64,000 nt of DNA from an uncultured Candidatus Saccharibacteria bacterium (GTDB taxonomy: Bacteria > Patescibacteriota > Minisyncoccia > Phycocordibacterales > CALRHW01): contig CAYMIL010000003.1 in NCBI GenBank assembly GCA_964390845.1, forward strand, positions 4,425 through 68,424. Direction: 5' to 3'. This document shows positions 9,014 through 17,144 of this stretch, piece after piece. Within the stretch, counting starts at the first letter, position 1, and each line of letters begins with the position of its first letter. The position numbers were made by a program, and so were the translations under genes. The notes under the pieces were generated by a model, which saw nothing but the letters and a program-made list of their open reading frames with translations, had not been told where the DNA came from and made no database searches.

Positions 9014-10435
9014 ATGGATACGTTTTATGTCACAACCCCGATTTACTACGTCAACGACAAGCCCCACATTGGCCATGCGTATACCACGCTGATTGCCGAT
9101 GTCTATGCGCGCTTTTATCGTGAGCGTCTTGGTGCCGAAAATGTCTTTTTCCTTACGGGTACAGACGAGCACGGTGCGAAAGTTGCACAGTCTGCTGAAA
9201 AAAATGGCATCGCTCCTCAGGAATTTACCGATAAAGTCTCTGCGGAATACAAAGCAGTGTGGAAGATGCTTGGTATTAGTTATGACGAATTTTTCCGAAC
9301 AACAGATCCTCGGCACAAAGAAACGGTGCAGGCATTTTTACAGAACCTCTATGACAAAGGCTATATCTACAAAGCGGCATACAAGGGCACATATTGTATC
9401 GGATGTGAGAAGTTTCTTTCGTTTGAAGAGATTGTAAATGGTGCGTGCGCGCTTCATCCCAACCTCAAACTTGTTGAGCAAGAAGAAGAAAATTATTTTT
9501 TCAAAATGAAGGAGATGTCTGCGCGCGTACTGGAAAAGCTTGAGGCTGGCGCGTATTCTGTTTTTCCAGAAGAGCGAAAGAATGAAATTATTGGGAAAAT
9601 GAAGCAGGGCATCGAGGATATTTCTATTTCTCGTGTTGGCGTGACATGGGGCGTGCCGGTGCCGTGGGACCCAGCGCACACGGTGTATGTGTGGGTTGAT
9701 GCGCTTATCAACTACTATTCCGCAACTCGAATTTATCCGGGACGTGAAGGTTTTTGGCCACCAACATTGCATCTTATGGCAAAAGATATTTTGTGGTTCC
9801 ATGCACTTGTCTGGGAGGGTCTACTTCTCGCACACGATCTTGAATTGCCAAAAACAGTCTTTGCGCACGGTTTCTTTACTATCGACGGGCAAAAGATGTC
9901 GAAATCTTTGGGCAATGTTATCAATCCTGTTGATATCGTGACAGAATATGGTGTCGACGGCGCGCGATATTTGCTTGCGAGCGCGTTTCAATTTGGAAGT
10001 GATGGTGATATTTCACTCGCGCGATTCAAAGAAAAATTTAATAGTGATTTGGCAAACGGTATTGGTAATCTCGTATCGCGTATTGCCAAGCTCGCGGAAA
10101 AATTGGAAGTAAATCCGGCAGACATAGAGCGTGCACGGTTGCTTGCAACACAAGACGAGACAATACTGCGTCATTTTGAGTCGCATCGACCAGATGAAGC
10201 GCTTCGGTATGTGTGGTCAAAGATAGCGGTCCTTGACGCGCGCATGGCGACAGATAAGCCGTGGGAGATTGCAGATACGGGCACACTTTCACAGACACTC
10301 ACAAGTTATATTGAATCGTTGATTACCATTGGCACACTCTTGCGACCGTTCTTACCTGAGACATCAGAAAAGATTCTCAGTATCTTTACTGCACAAAAAA
10401 TCACAAAACCTGAGCCATTGTTTTTGAGAAAATAG
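9014..10435 (+). CDS. metG: methionyl-tRNA synthetase (short form)
   Basis: HIGH motif PHIGHAYTT and KMSKS motif KMSKSLGN; TATAAT box 8 nt upstream of the ATG (near-leaderless). Confidence 0.9.
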   Translation: MDTFYVTTPIYYVNDKPHIGHAYTTLIADVYARFYRERLGAENVFFLTGTDEHGAKVAQSAEKNGIAPQEFTDKVSAEYKAVWKMLGISYDEFFRTTDPRHKETVQAFLQNLYDKGYIYKAAYKGTYCIGCEKFLSFEEIVNGACALHPNLKLVEQEEENYFFKMKEMSARVLEKLEAGAYSVFPEERKNEIIGKMKQGIEDISISRVGVTWGVPVPWDPAHTVYVWVDALINYYSATRIYPGREGFWPPTLHLMAKDILWFHALVWEGLLLAHDLELPKTVFAHGFFTIDGQKMSKSLGNVINPVDIVTEYGVDGARYLLASAFQFGSDGDISLARFKEKFNSDLANGIGNLVSRIAKLAEKLEVNPADIERARLLATQDETILRHFESHRPDEALRYVWSKIAVLDARMATDKPWEIADTGTLSQTLTSYIESLITIGTLLRPFLPETSEKILSIFTAQKITKPEPLFLRK

Positions 10436-10447
10436 CTGTGGTATACT

Positions 10448-10630
10448 TGGGGCGAACCAATGAACCGGCTGACACCGGTGAGGTGAAGAAAGAACGCCCC
10501 ACGGGCAAGTAGACTCTTCCGGCCCTGCTCCGACAAGCAGATAATCGAGCAAAAAACAGGGTGGCACCGCGATAAAATCGCCCCTGCGAATTTATTAACA
10601 CTAATGAATTCGGAGGGGTGTTTTTATTTC
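10448..10630 (+). promoter_or_regulatory. T-box riboswitch leader (Asp specifier candidate) controlling aspS
   Basis: T-box sequence AGGGUGGCACCGCG at 10558-10571; antiterminator AGGG[UGGCACC]GCG-auaaaau-CGCCCCU; alternative terminator CGCCCCUGCGAAUUUAUU/AAUGAAUUCGGAGGGGUG plus U-run at 10579-10629; Stem I base UGGGGCG/CGCCCCA (10448-10454/10495-10501); GAC-A in the loop of the ACCGG/CCGGU hairpin (10469-10474). Confidence 0.8.
10579..10629 (+). terminator. T-box terminator hairpin with U-tract immediately upstream of aspS
   Basis: About 17-bp imperfect stem, loop AACACU, then UUUUUAUUU; shares its 5' arm with the antiterminator. Confidence 0.75.
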
Positions 10631-10646
10631 TCCGAACACATGTGCC

Positions 10647-12041
10647 ATGGAACGAACATATATAAAAGATTTGCAGAATAACAAGGGAAGTGAGGTCCGC
10701 ATTTCTTGTTGGGTTGAAGTGCGTCGAGATCAGGGGAAAATGGTCTTTTTTGATTTTCGTGATATGACCGGCAAAGTGCAGGGTGTGGTGCTTCCGGGCA
10801 ACACCACCGCTCTTGAAGCGTCGCGCGAGATTCGTGCAGAATGGGTGCTTGATATTACTGCAAAAGTAAACGAACGGCCAGAGAAAAATAAGCAGGCAGA
10901 CAAGCAAAACGGTGACATTGAGCTTGAGGTGCTTGGTATTGCAGTGCTCAACAAGGCAGACACACCTGTGTTTGATGTTTCGACAGACACACGCGTCGTC
11001 GGAGAAGACACACGCCTTGAGTATCGCTACCTCGATTTGCGCAGTGATCGTATGCAGAAAAACATTCGCAACAGACATCGCGTTATCAAGGGTATTCGCG
11101 ACTACTTAGACGCGGAAGGATTTATTGAAGTTGAAACACCTATTTTGACGAAATCAACGCCGGAGGGTGCGCGTGATTATGTGGTGCCATCTCGCATTGA
11201 TCAGGGTAAGTTTTACGCTCTTCCGCAGTCGCCACAACAGTACAAGCAACTTCTCATGACATCTGGTGTTGAAAAATATTTTCAGATTGCCCGATGTATG
11301 CGCGATGAAGACACACGCGGCGACCGTCAGCCAGAATTTACTCAGCTCGATATCGAAATGAGCTTTGTGAAAGAAGAAGATATTTTGCAACTCATCGAGG
11401 GAATGCTTATCAAGCTTGTGCAGACGCAGTATCCTGAAAAAAGGATTCAGGCGATTCCGTTTCCACGTATCACCTACAAAGAAGCGATGGAAACGTATGG
11501 TAGTGACCGACCAGACATCCGCGAAAACAAAGAAGATCCAAACCTACTTGCATTCTGCTGGGTCGTGGATTTTCCATTCTTTGAGAAAACCCCAGAAGGT
11601 GGTTGGACATTTACGCACAATCCATTTTCTGCTGCAAAGCCAGAACACCACGAGCGTCTCATGAAGGGTGAATCAATCGGGGATATTGTCGCGGCTCAGT
11701 ACGATATCTGCCTCAATGGTTATGAGATCGGTGGTGGTTCGATTCGCAACCATGATCCTGAAGCGCTCATCAAAGTGTTCGAGATTATGGGATATCCGCG
11801 CGAAAAGGTTGAGCAAAATTTCGGCCACATGCTTCATGCGTTTCGCTCTGGCACACCACCGCATGGCGGTATTGCATGGGGTCTTGATCGTCTGATGATG
11901 CTTTTGCAAAACGAAGCATCAATCCGTGAAGTGATTGCGTTTCCAAAAACAGGAGAAGGTCGCGACCTCATGATGAAATCTCCGTCCGATATTTCACTCG
12001 AGCAGTTGCGGGAGCTTGGTCTTTCGGTAAAAAAGCAATAA
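10647..12041 (+). CDS. aspS: aspartyl-tRNA synthetase (compact, lacks the GAD insertion domain)
   Basis: Class II motifs (FRDE-like QLDIEMSF, GGSIRNHD, GLDRLMM); OB-fold N-terminal domain; 464 aa. Confidence 0.9.
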   Translation: MERTYIKDLQNNKGSEVRISCWVEVRRDQGKMVFFDFRDMTGKVQGVVLPGNTTALEASREIRAEWVLDITAKVNERPEKNKQADKQNGDIELEVLGIAVLNKADTPVFDVSTDTRVVGEDTRLEYRYLDLRSDRMQKNIRNRHRVIKGIRDYLDAEGFIEVETPILTKSTPEGARDYVVPSRIDQGKFYALPQSPQQYKQLLMTSGVEKYFQIARCMRDEDTRGDRQPEFTQLDIEMSFVKEEDILQLIEGMLIKLVQTQYPEKRIQAIPFPRITYKEAMETYGSDRPDIRENKEDPNLLAFCWVVDFPFFEKTPEGGWTFTHNPFSAAKPEHHERLMKGESIGDIVAAQYDICLNGYEIGGGSIRNHDPEALIKVFEIMGYPREKVEQNFGHMLHAFRSGTPPHGGIAWGLDRLMMLLQNEASIREVIAFPKTGEGRDLMMKSPSDISLEQLRELGLSVKKQ

Positions 12042-12069
12042 TATTAGTACATCTATAACATATAGAACT

Positions 12070-12504
12070 ATGCAAAAAATTCACGCGCTTATTCATCGGT
12101 TACACAATCCAGACTTCGGAATCTTGCTTGTGCGCATTGTGCTTGGACTCGCGTTCATGCATGCGGGTTGGTTTAAGATTACTCATGTAGATATGATTGT
12201 TGGTGGGTTTGCAATGATGGGAATTCCTGCGGTACTCGCATATTTTGTAACCTATGCAGAGTTTGTCTGCGGATTGCTCATGATTATTGGAATTTTTGTG
12301 CGTTATGCGGGCATTGTTCTTGCGTCAATTATGGTCGTTGCTATCGCAAAGGTTCATTTCCCAAATGGATACGGCATGATGAACGGTGTGCTTGAAGGCA
12401 AGGGGGGTGGCTATGAATATGTCCTCGCGCTTTTGTTGCTCTCTGTTGCCATGGTTACGTTTGGTGCGGGCGCATACTCACTTGCGCGGGTGTTGAAAAA
12501 ATAG
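12070..12504 (+). CDS. DoxX family membrane protein
   Basis: Four TM segments and the characteristic DoxX ...LLVRIVLGLAFMHAGWFK... N-terminus. Confidence 0.75.
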   Translation: MQKIHALIHRLHNPDFGILLVRIVLGLAFMHAGWFKITHVDMIVGGFAMMGIPAVLAYFVTYAEFVCGLLMIIGIFVRYAGIVLASIMVVAIAKVHFPNGYGMMNGVLEGKGGGYEYVLALLLLSVAMVTFGAGAYSLARVLKK

Positions 12505-12539
12505 CACACAGCCTCTGTTTGGTTTGCTATACTATATGT

Positions 12540-13736
12540 ATGAAGAAATATAGTTTTATCATCATTATTATTGCCACTGTGCTATGGTATGGTTTTGGTG
12601 CGCTTTCGGTACATGCGGCGCAGTGTACATTTGATAGAAATCTTGATGTAGGTGACGAGGGAGAGGATGTTCGCTGTTTGCAAAAGTTTTTGAATTCTGC
12701 TGGCTTCGTGATTACGACAACAGGAGGTGGAGCGCCAGGTAATGAAACAACCAAGTTTGGTGAGCTTACACGTCAGGCGCTTGCAAAATGGCAGAGTGCG
12801 CAGGGCCTTACTCCACCAATAGGCTATTTCGGCACGCTTTCTCGTCAAAAATATGGCGCGCTGTCGGGTTCGTCGAGCACATCAGGCTCTTCCGGTTCCG
12901 GAGATCTCACATATCTTCAAGAGCGATTGGCGCAATTGCGAGAGCAACTCAATAATGCCCAATCATCATCACAGCAGGTTGTTGTAAATGCGACAGAGAG
13001 TAGTGCGCGCGCCGCTATAGAAAAAGCTGTCGATGGAATTATCGACGCAGAGAAAAAGGTTGATGATGGCAACGAGGACGATGACGACATTATGGCCGCT
13101 CACGACAACCTTGATGATGCGCGCGAATCCTTTGTACGCGCAATACGCTCATATTTCCGTGGCGACTATAATGGTGCAGTGCAATATGCACAGAAAGCGG
13201 TGGACGATGCACTCGATGCATATTCTGACGCTGGTGGAAAAACTGATGAAGATAAGGCAGATGCCCTCATAGATAAAGTGCAGGAAAAGATTGACGATGC
13301 TCACGATACAATTGATGCCGCAGATGATGACGGCGAGGATATTGATGAAGCAGAAGATATTTTGTCTGAAGCAGAGGACAAGCTTGATGAGGCTGATGAT
13401 GCCTTTGACGATGCCGACTACGAGCGGTCAATAGAGCTTGCTGAGGAAGCAGAAGACCTTGTGCGAGATGCTATCGATGCTATTGGAAACTCAGACAAGA
13501 GTGACGCACAAGAGGAAATAGATGATGCTCAGGAGATGATTGATGATGCCGAAGAGGAGATTCAGGACGCCGAAGACGATGGTGATGATGTCGATGATGC
13601 GTGGGACCTGCTTGATGATGCAAAAAAGTATCTTGATGATGCTCAGGATGAGTATGACGACAAAAATTACAGCGCCGCAAAGAACCTTGCTAAAAAAGCT
13701 CAAAACAAGGTCGACGACGCTCTCGACGAGATTTAA
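12540..13736 (+). CDS. secreted peptidoglycan-binding-domain protein with three acidic tandem repeats
   Basis: Signal/TM IIIIIATVLWYGFGALSVHA; PG_binding_1-like DVGDEGEDVRCLQKFLNSAGF...LTRQALAKWQ; C-terminal roughly 250 aa very D/E-rich with three repeats of about 60 aa (DDG.EDD.D...LDDA...DY...A..AVDDALD). Confidence 0.65.
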   Translation: MKKYSFIIIIIATVLWYGFGALSVHAAQCTFDRNLDVGDEGEDVRCLQKFLNSAGFVITTTGGGAPGNETTKFGELTRQALAKWQSAQGLTPPIGYFGTLSRQKYGALSGSSSTSGSSGSGDLTYLQERLAQLREQLNNAQSSSQQVVVNATESSARAAIEKAVDGIIDAEKKVDDGNEDDDDIMAAHDNLDDARESFVRAIRSYFRGDYNGAVQYAQKAVDDALDAYSDAGGKTDEDKADALIDKVQEKIDDAHDTIDAADDDGEDIDEAEDILSEAEDKLDEADDAFDDADYERSIELAEEAEDLVRDAIDAIGNSDKSDAQEEIDDAQEMIDDAEEEIQDAEDDGDDVDDAWDLLDDAKKYLDDAQDEYDDKNYSAAKNLAKKAQNKVDDALDEI

Positions 13737-13742
13737 TCAGCC

Positions 13743-14324
13743 GTGAAAAACATACTCCTCATACTGTGCTGTGTGGTGATACTCGCGTTTGGTATACATG
13801 CAGTTGTGTTTTATGTGAGTGAAAAGAATGTGGTTGCGTCGATACAAACGTTTGAGGAGTGTGAAAAAAACGGTTACCCTGTTGCAGAGTCTCTTCCGCG
13901 CCAGTGTCGAACGCCAGATGACAGGGTGTTTGTGGAAGATGTGCAGCGCGCGCATCCTGTTGGCGATATTGCTGATATGATTCGGGTGGACATGCCACAT
14001 GCGCACGCGACCATTACAAGTCCGCTTACAGTGACAGGTGTGGCGCGTGGTCAGTGGTATTTTGAGGCATCATTTCCGGTAACATTGCTTGATGCGTCTG
14101 GAAATGAACTCGCTACTGTTCCCGCGCAGGCACAGGGTGAATGGATGACCGAAGATTTTGTGCCTTTTGAAGCGGTGCTTGAATTTACCCCTCCTTCAGA
14201 TAAGATGGGTACACTCGTATTTAAAAAGGACAATCCTTCTGGCCTCCCAGAGTATGATCGAAGCTTTTCTATACCAGTATCCTTTACTACTCACACAACA
14301 GATGAAGAACATGAAGAAGAATGA
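13743..14324 (+). CDS. Gmad2 immunoglobulin-like domain protein with N-terminal TM anchor (GTG start)
   Basis: SPLTVTGVARGQWYFEASFPVTLLDASGNELATVPAQAQGEWMTEDFVPFEA matches the Gmad2/GerMN-associated Ig-like domain pattern. Confidence 0.6.
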   Translation: MKNILLILCCVVILAFGIHAVVFYVSEKNVVASIQTFEECEKNGYPVAESLPRQCRTPDDRVFVEDVQRAHPVGDIADMIRVDMPHAHATITSPLTVTGVARGQWYFEASFPVTLLDASGNELATVPAQAQGEWMTEDFVPFEAVLEFTPPSDKMGTLVFKKDNPSGLPEYDRSFSIPVSFTTHTTDEEHEEE

Positions 14325-15066
14325 TACATCGTGGGGAGGTGTTGCCGACTGGTACGACAAACACCTCACAGACGACACAGATTCATATCACACACAAGTT
14401 ATCCTCCCACACCTTACACGCCTGATGGATATTTCACCTACACATCGTGTGCTTGACCTCGCGTGTGGAACAGGTTTTTTTACTCGTGCATGGCGCGAGC
14501 ATACAGAGCACGTTCTCGGTGCGGATATTTCCCCGGAGCTCATTTCAATCGCGCGAGAACACAGTAAAGATGTGCAATATATTGTGACCTCCTCACATGA
14601 GCTTTCAGCTATCGCGGATGCGTCATACGACCGCATCTCGTGTGTCTTGGCAATACAGAATATTGAAAAAGTAAAAGAAACATTTGCGGAGTGCGCGCGC
14701 ATCTTGGCGCCAGGTGGCTCGGTGTTTCTAGTGATGAATCATCCAGCATTTCGTATCCCACACATGTCTTCGTGGGGATGGGATGAGGAGGGGCGACAGT
14801 ACCGCCGTATTGATGCGTACACCTCAGAATCAAAAGCGTATATCGACGCGCATCCAGGAAAAAAGAAAAAACAGGAAACAATTTCGTTTCATCGACCGTT
14901 GCAATATTATGCAAAAGCATGCGCCGCTTCAGGGCTTGCTATTGCGCGCCTTGAAGAATGGAGTTCTCATAGAAAAAGCCAGAGTGGCCCTCGCCAAAAA
15001 GAAGAGGATCGTATGCGAAAAGAGATCCCACTCTTTATGTGTCTTGAGCTCAAGCGCCTCTCCTAG
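14302..15066 (+). CDS. class I SAM-dependent methyltransferase
   Basis: Motif I VLDLACGTGFFT; start ATG at 14302 overlaps the end of the upstream gene by 23 nt. Confidence 0.7.
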   Translation: MKNMKKNDTSWGGVADWYDKHLTDDTDSYHTQVILPHLTRLMDISPTHRVLDLACGTGFFTRAWREHTEHVLGADISPELISIAREHSKDVQYIVTSSHELSAIADASYDRISCVLAIQNIEKVKETFAECARILAPGGSVFLVMNHPAFRIPHMSSWGWDEEGRQYRRIDAYTSESKAYIDAHPGKKKKQETISFHRPLQYYAKACAASGLAIARLEEWSSHRKSQSGPRQKEEDRMRKEIPLFMCLELKRLS

Positions 15067-16245
15067 CTACTTTGTGTCTTTCAGAGAAAAACTCCACAGC
15101 GCTCCCGTGAGCGTGATGATACCGAGTATTGAAAACGTGTAGCTGTATGGGGCATGTGAGATTGTTGTGCAGTATGCCGCAAGACTCACCACTGCTGGGG
15201 TAATAATGTATGACAGCGGTCGTGTTGCTCGAAAGAGGCTAATGAAGCCAGCGTTTTTGTCGGTAACGTGTTTGAAAAAATACGACTCTGATGACACTTC
15301 AACAAAGCTTGCTCCAACGCGTGTCAAAAAGAGAAACAGCGCCCACAATACAAGGTCTGAACTACGGAGGGCGGGTATGCAGAATGTTGTTACGGACATG
15401 ATACAGAAACCGGTGATGAGTATTTCTTTCTCACCGATTTTTTTGTCCGCGAGCGCGCCTAGTGGAAGCTCAAAAAGCATAAAAGGGAGTAGCATAATGG
15501 TGAAGATGACACCGATATGAGACCATGAAAATCCTATGTGGTTGTGCAAATACAGTGGCATGTAGATGACCATCCATGCGTAAAAGAATTGGAGAACGCA
15601 CTGTCCAGCGAGCGCTCCGCGGATGTCTCGGTTGCTCCACGCATCTCGAAGTGTGCCACGGATGTCGATGGTGCGCACTCGGCTTCCCGTTGCACCTCGT
15701 AGATAGTGTCGTACAACAAAAAAGAGAGGGAAGAGAAAGAGGAGAGAAACGAGGTATACATTGCCGTAGTGTCCGCTTGCGAGAAGTATGCCGGTAAGAA
15801 GTGGCGATACGACGAGTGTGATATTTCCAAGTGTGAGATAAAGTCCGCGCGCTACGCCAGTGTGCTTTTCGTTTTTAAGTGATCCTTCGAGAAATACATC
15901 GAGGCCGAATGTCGCGAGAGGGATGATCGCTTGGTGTGTGATAAATGCCAAGGCGACTGTCATGGGCGTTGAGCCAACCGCAAGTCCCACAAGCGCCGAC
16001 GCCTCAAGCACCAGTGCCCACAGGGTATACTTGTGGTTTCCAATACGCGACAAAATACGTGGAGTACAAAAAAGCAGGATAGTAGTAATCACGGATCCTA
16101 CCATATACAGAAGTCCAAGTGTATCTGCTGAGAAAAAAGTGCCGAGGTACGAGGAGTTGACGTAAATGATCAGGAAAAAATGGAATGAAAGCAGAAGGTT
16201 TGAAAGGTAGATTGCGATAAGGCGATGTGATGGTGTGTGTGACAT
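15067..16245 (-). CDS. MFS transporter
   Basis: 12-TM-like hydrophobic profile; internal ATG (MSHTPSH) with an AGGAG SD and an upstream TATACT -10 box; the longer track ORF has no signal upstream of this ATG. Confidence 0.7.
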   Translation of the reverse strand: MSHTPSHRLIAIYLSNLLLSFHFFLIIYVNSSYLGTFFSADTLGLLYMVGSVITTILLFCTPRILSRIGNHKYTLWALVLEASALVGLAVGSTPMTVALAFITHQAIIPLATFGLDVFLEGSLKNEKHTGVARGLYLTLGNITLVVSPLLTGILLASGHYGNVYLVSLLFLFPLFFVVRHYLRGATGSRVRTIDIRGTLRDAWSNRDIRGALAGQCVLQFFYAWMVIYMPLYLHNHIGFSWSHIGVIFTIMLLPFMLFELPLGALADKKIGEKEILITGFCIMSVTTFCIPALRSSDLVLWALFLFLTRVGASFVEVSSESYFFKHVTDKNAGFISLFRATRPLSYIITPAVVSLAAYCTTISHAPYSYTFSILGIITLTGALWSFSLKDTK

Positions 16246-16380
16246 GTACGCTCCTAAGTATACCTCGAGGAAGGAGCTCTTGACAGTGGAAAAATAAAGG
16301 CATATGGTAATGAGGAATCGCACCTTGGAATATTGCTCGACATGTTGTCGGCTCTTCGGTGCTCTGTCAAGGAGGTGTTT

Positions 16381-17055
16381 ATGCGTCGCATGTGCATGCT
16401 CCCGTTTCTGCTGATGATCGCTTGTGCGGTGACCTTGGTTGCCGCGGGCGACAAGAACACCGGCGACACGTCGTCGCCGAGCAAGTCGGAACACCGCGAC
16501 ATCTTCCGCGGGGGTCGTGTGACTCCCGACGAAATGGCAACCATCGCGCAGACCTTCTGCGCCGATGGCTACGCGGTGACGCAGTCCCGCGTGGTGGTTC
16601 CGAACGACGGTTCGGCGCTGTTCGTGGTTGGTGTCCTGACTACCAAGTCGGGGCGCCAGTACAACTTCGGCGACATCTTGCCTCCGGGCGAGGTGATCGT
16701 GTCCGGCATGGCGTGGGTCATGCCGCGTGGTCCTGATGCGTTCATGGACTACGACGGGTACAACGGCGTTCTCGAAGTCGCCGCTGGCGAGATGGTGGTC
16801 GTCGGGGACGTCCTCGACACCAGCGCCGACGGAGGCACTCCGGCGTCCACGGGACCGCAGACCTGCACGGTGACGTGTGGTACGTCAGCGTACTACGCCT
16901 GCTGCAGTTACCGGCCCGATGGTTACCCCACCTGCCACTGCAAGAAGCAGACGGAGAACGCCTCCTGCGCTTCCGGTGGCCCTGGGGCGAGCCAGTGCTC
17001 GCTGTCGCAGTCGCCTCCCGGCTCGAGTCAGCCGGGCAACAAGCCGCAGAACTAG
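16381..17055 (+). CDS. secreted cysteine-rich hypothetical protein (GC-rich island)
   Basis: AGGAGG SD 6 nt before the ATG; signal peptide MRRMCMLPFLLMIACAVTLVAAG; 10 Cys clustered in the last 50 aa; strongly GC-enriched third codon positions. Confidence 0.6.
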   Translation: MRRMCMLPFLLMIACAVTLVAAGDKNTGDTSSPSKSEHRDIFRGGRVTPDEMATIAQTFCADGYAVTQSRVVVPNDGSALFVVGVLTTKSGRQYNFGDILPPGEVIVSGMAWVMPRGPDAFMDYDGYNGVLEVAAGEMVVVGDVLDTSADGGTPASTGPQTCTVTCGTSAYYACCSYRPDGYPTCHCKKQTENASCASGGPGASQCSLSQSPPGSSQPGNKPQN

Positions 17056-17074
17056 CCCCTGCGGCACAACAAAA

Positions 17075-17112
17075 CCGGCCAGCACCCTTGAGGTGCTGGC
17101 CGGCTCTTTTTT
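17075..17112 (+). terminator. rho-independent terminator
   Basis: CCGGCCAGCACC-cttga-GGTGCTGGCCGG followed by CTCTTTTTTATT. Confidence 0.8.
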
Positions 17113-17144
17113 ATTTACTTTTTTCTACTTACACGCCCCACGAC

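Noticed and set aside
10440-10560. Possible SRP (4.5S/ffs) RNA in the metG-aspS spacer. The stretch GGCTGACACCGG and a GGGCAAGTAGAC segment resemble E. coli 4.5S RNA segments.
   Set aside because: The same region contains a complete T-box motif (AGGGUGGCACCGCG), a textbook antiterminator/terminator pair, and a GAC specifier hairpin. The partial 4.5S similarity is better explained by chance.
10401-11078. 225-aa minus-strand ORF antisense to the 5' part of aspS, and a similar antisense ORF 31778..32347 within nrdA
   Set aside because: The sense strand encodes conserved aaRS and RNR motifs. The antisense ORFs lack an RBS and a coherent domain signal.
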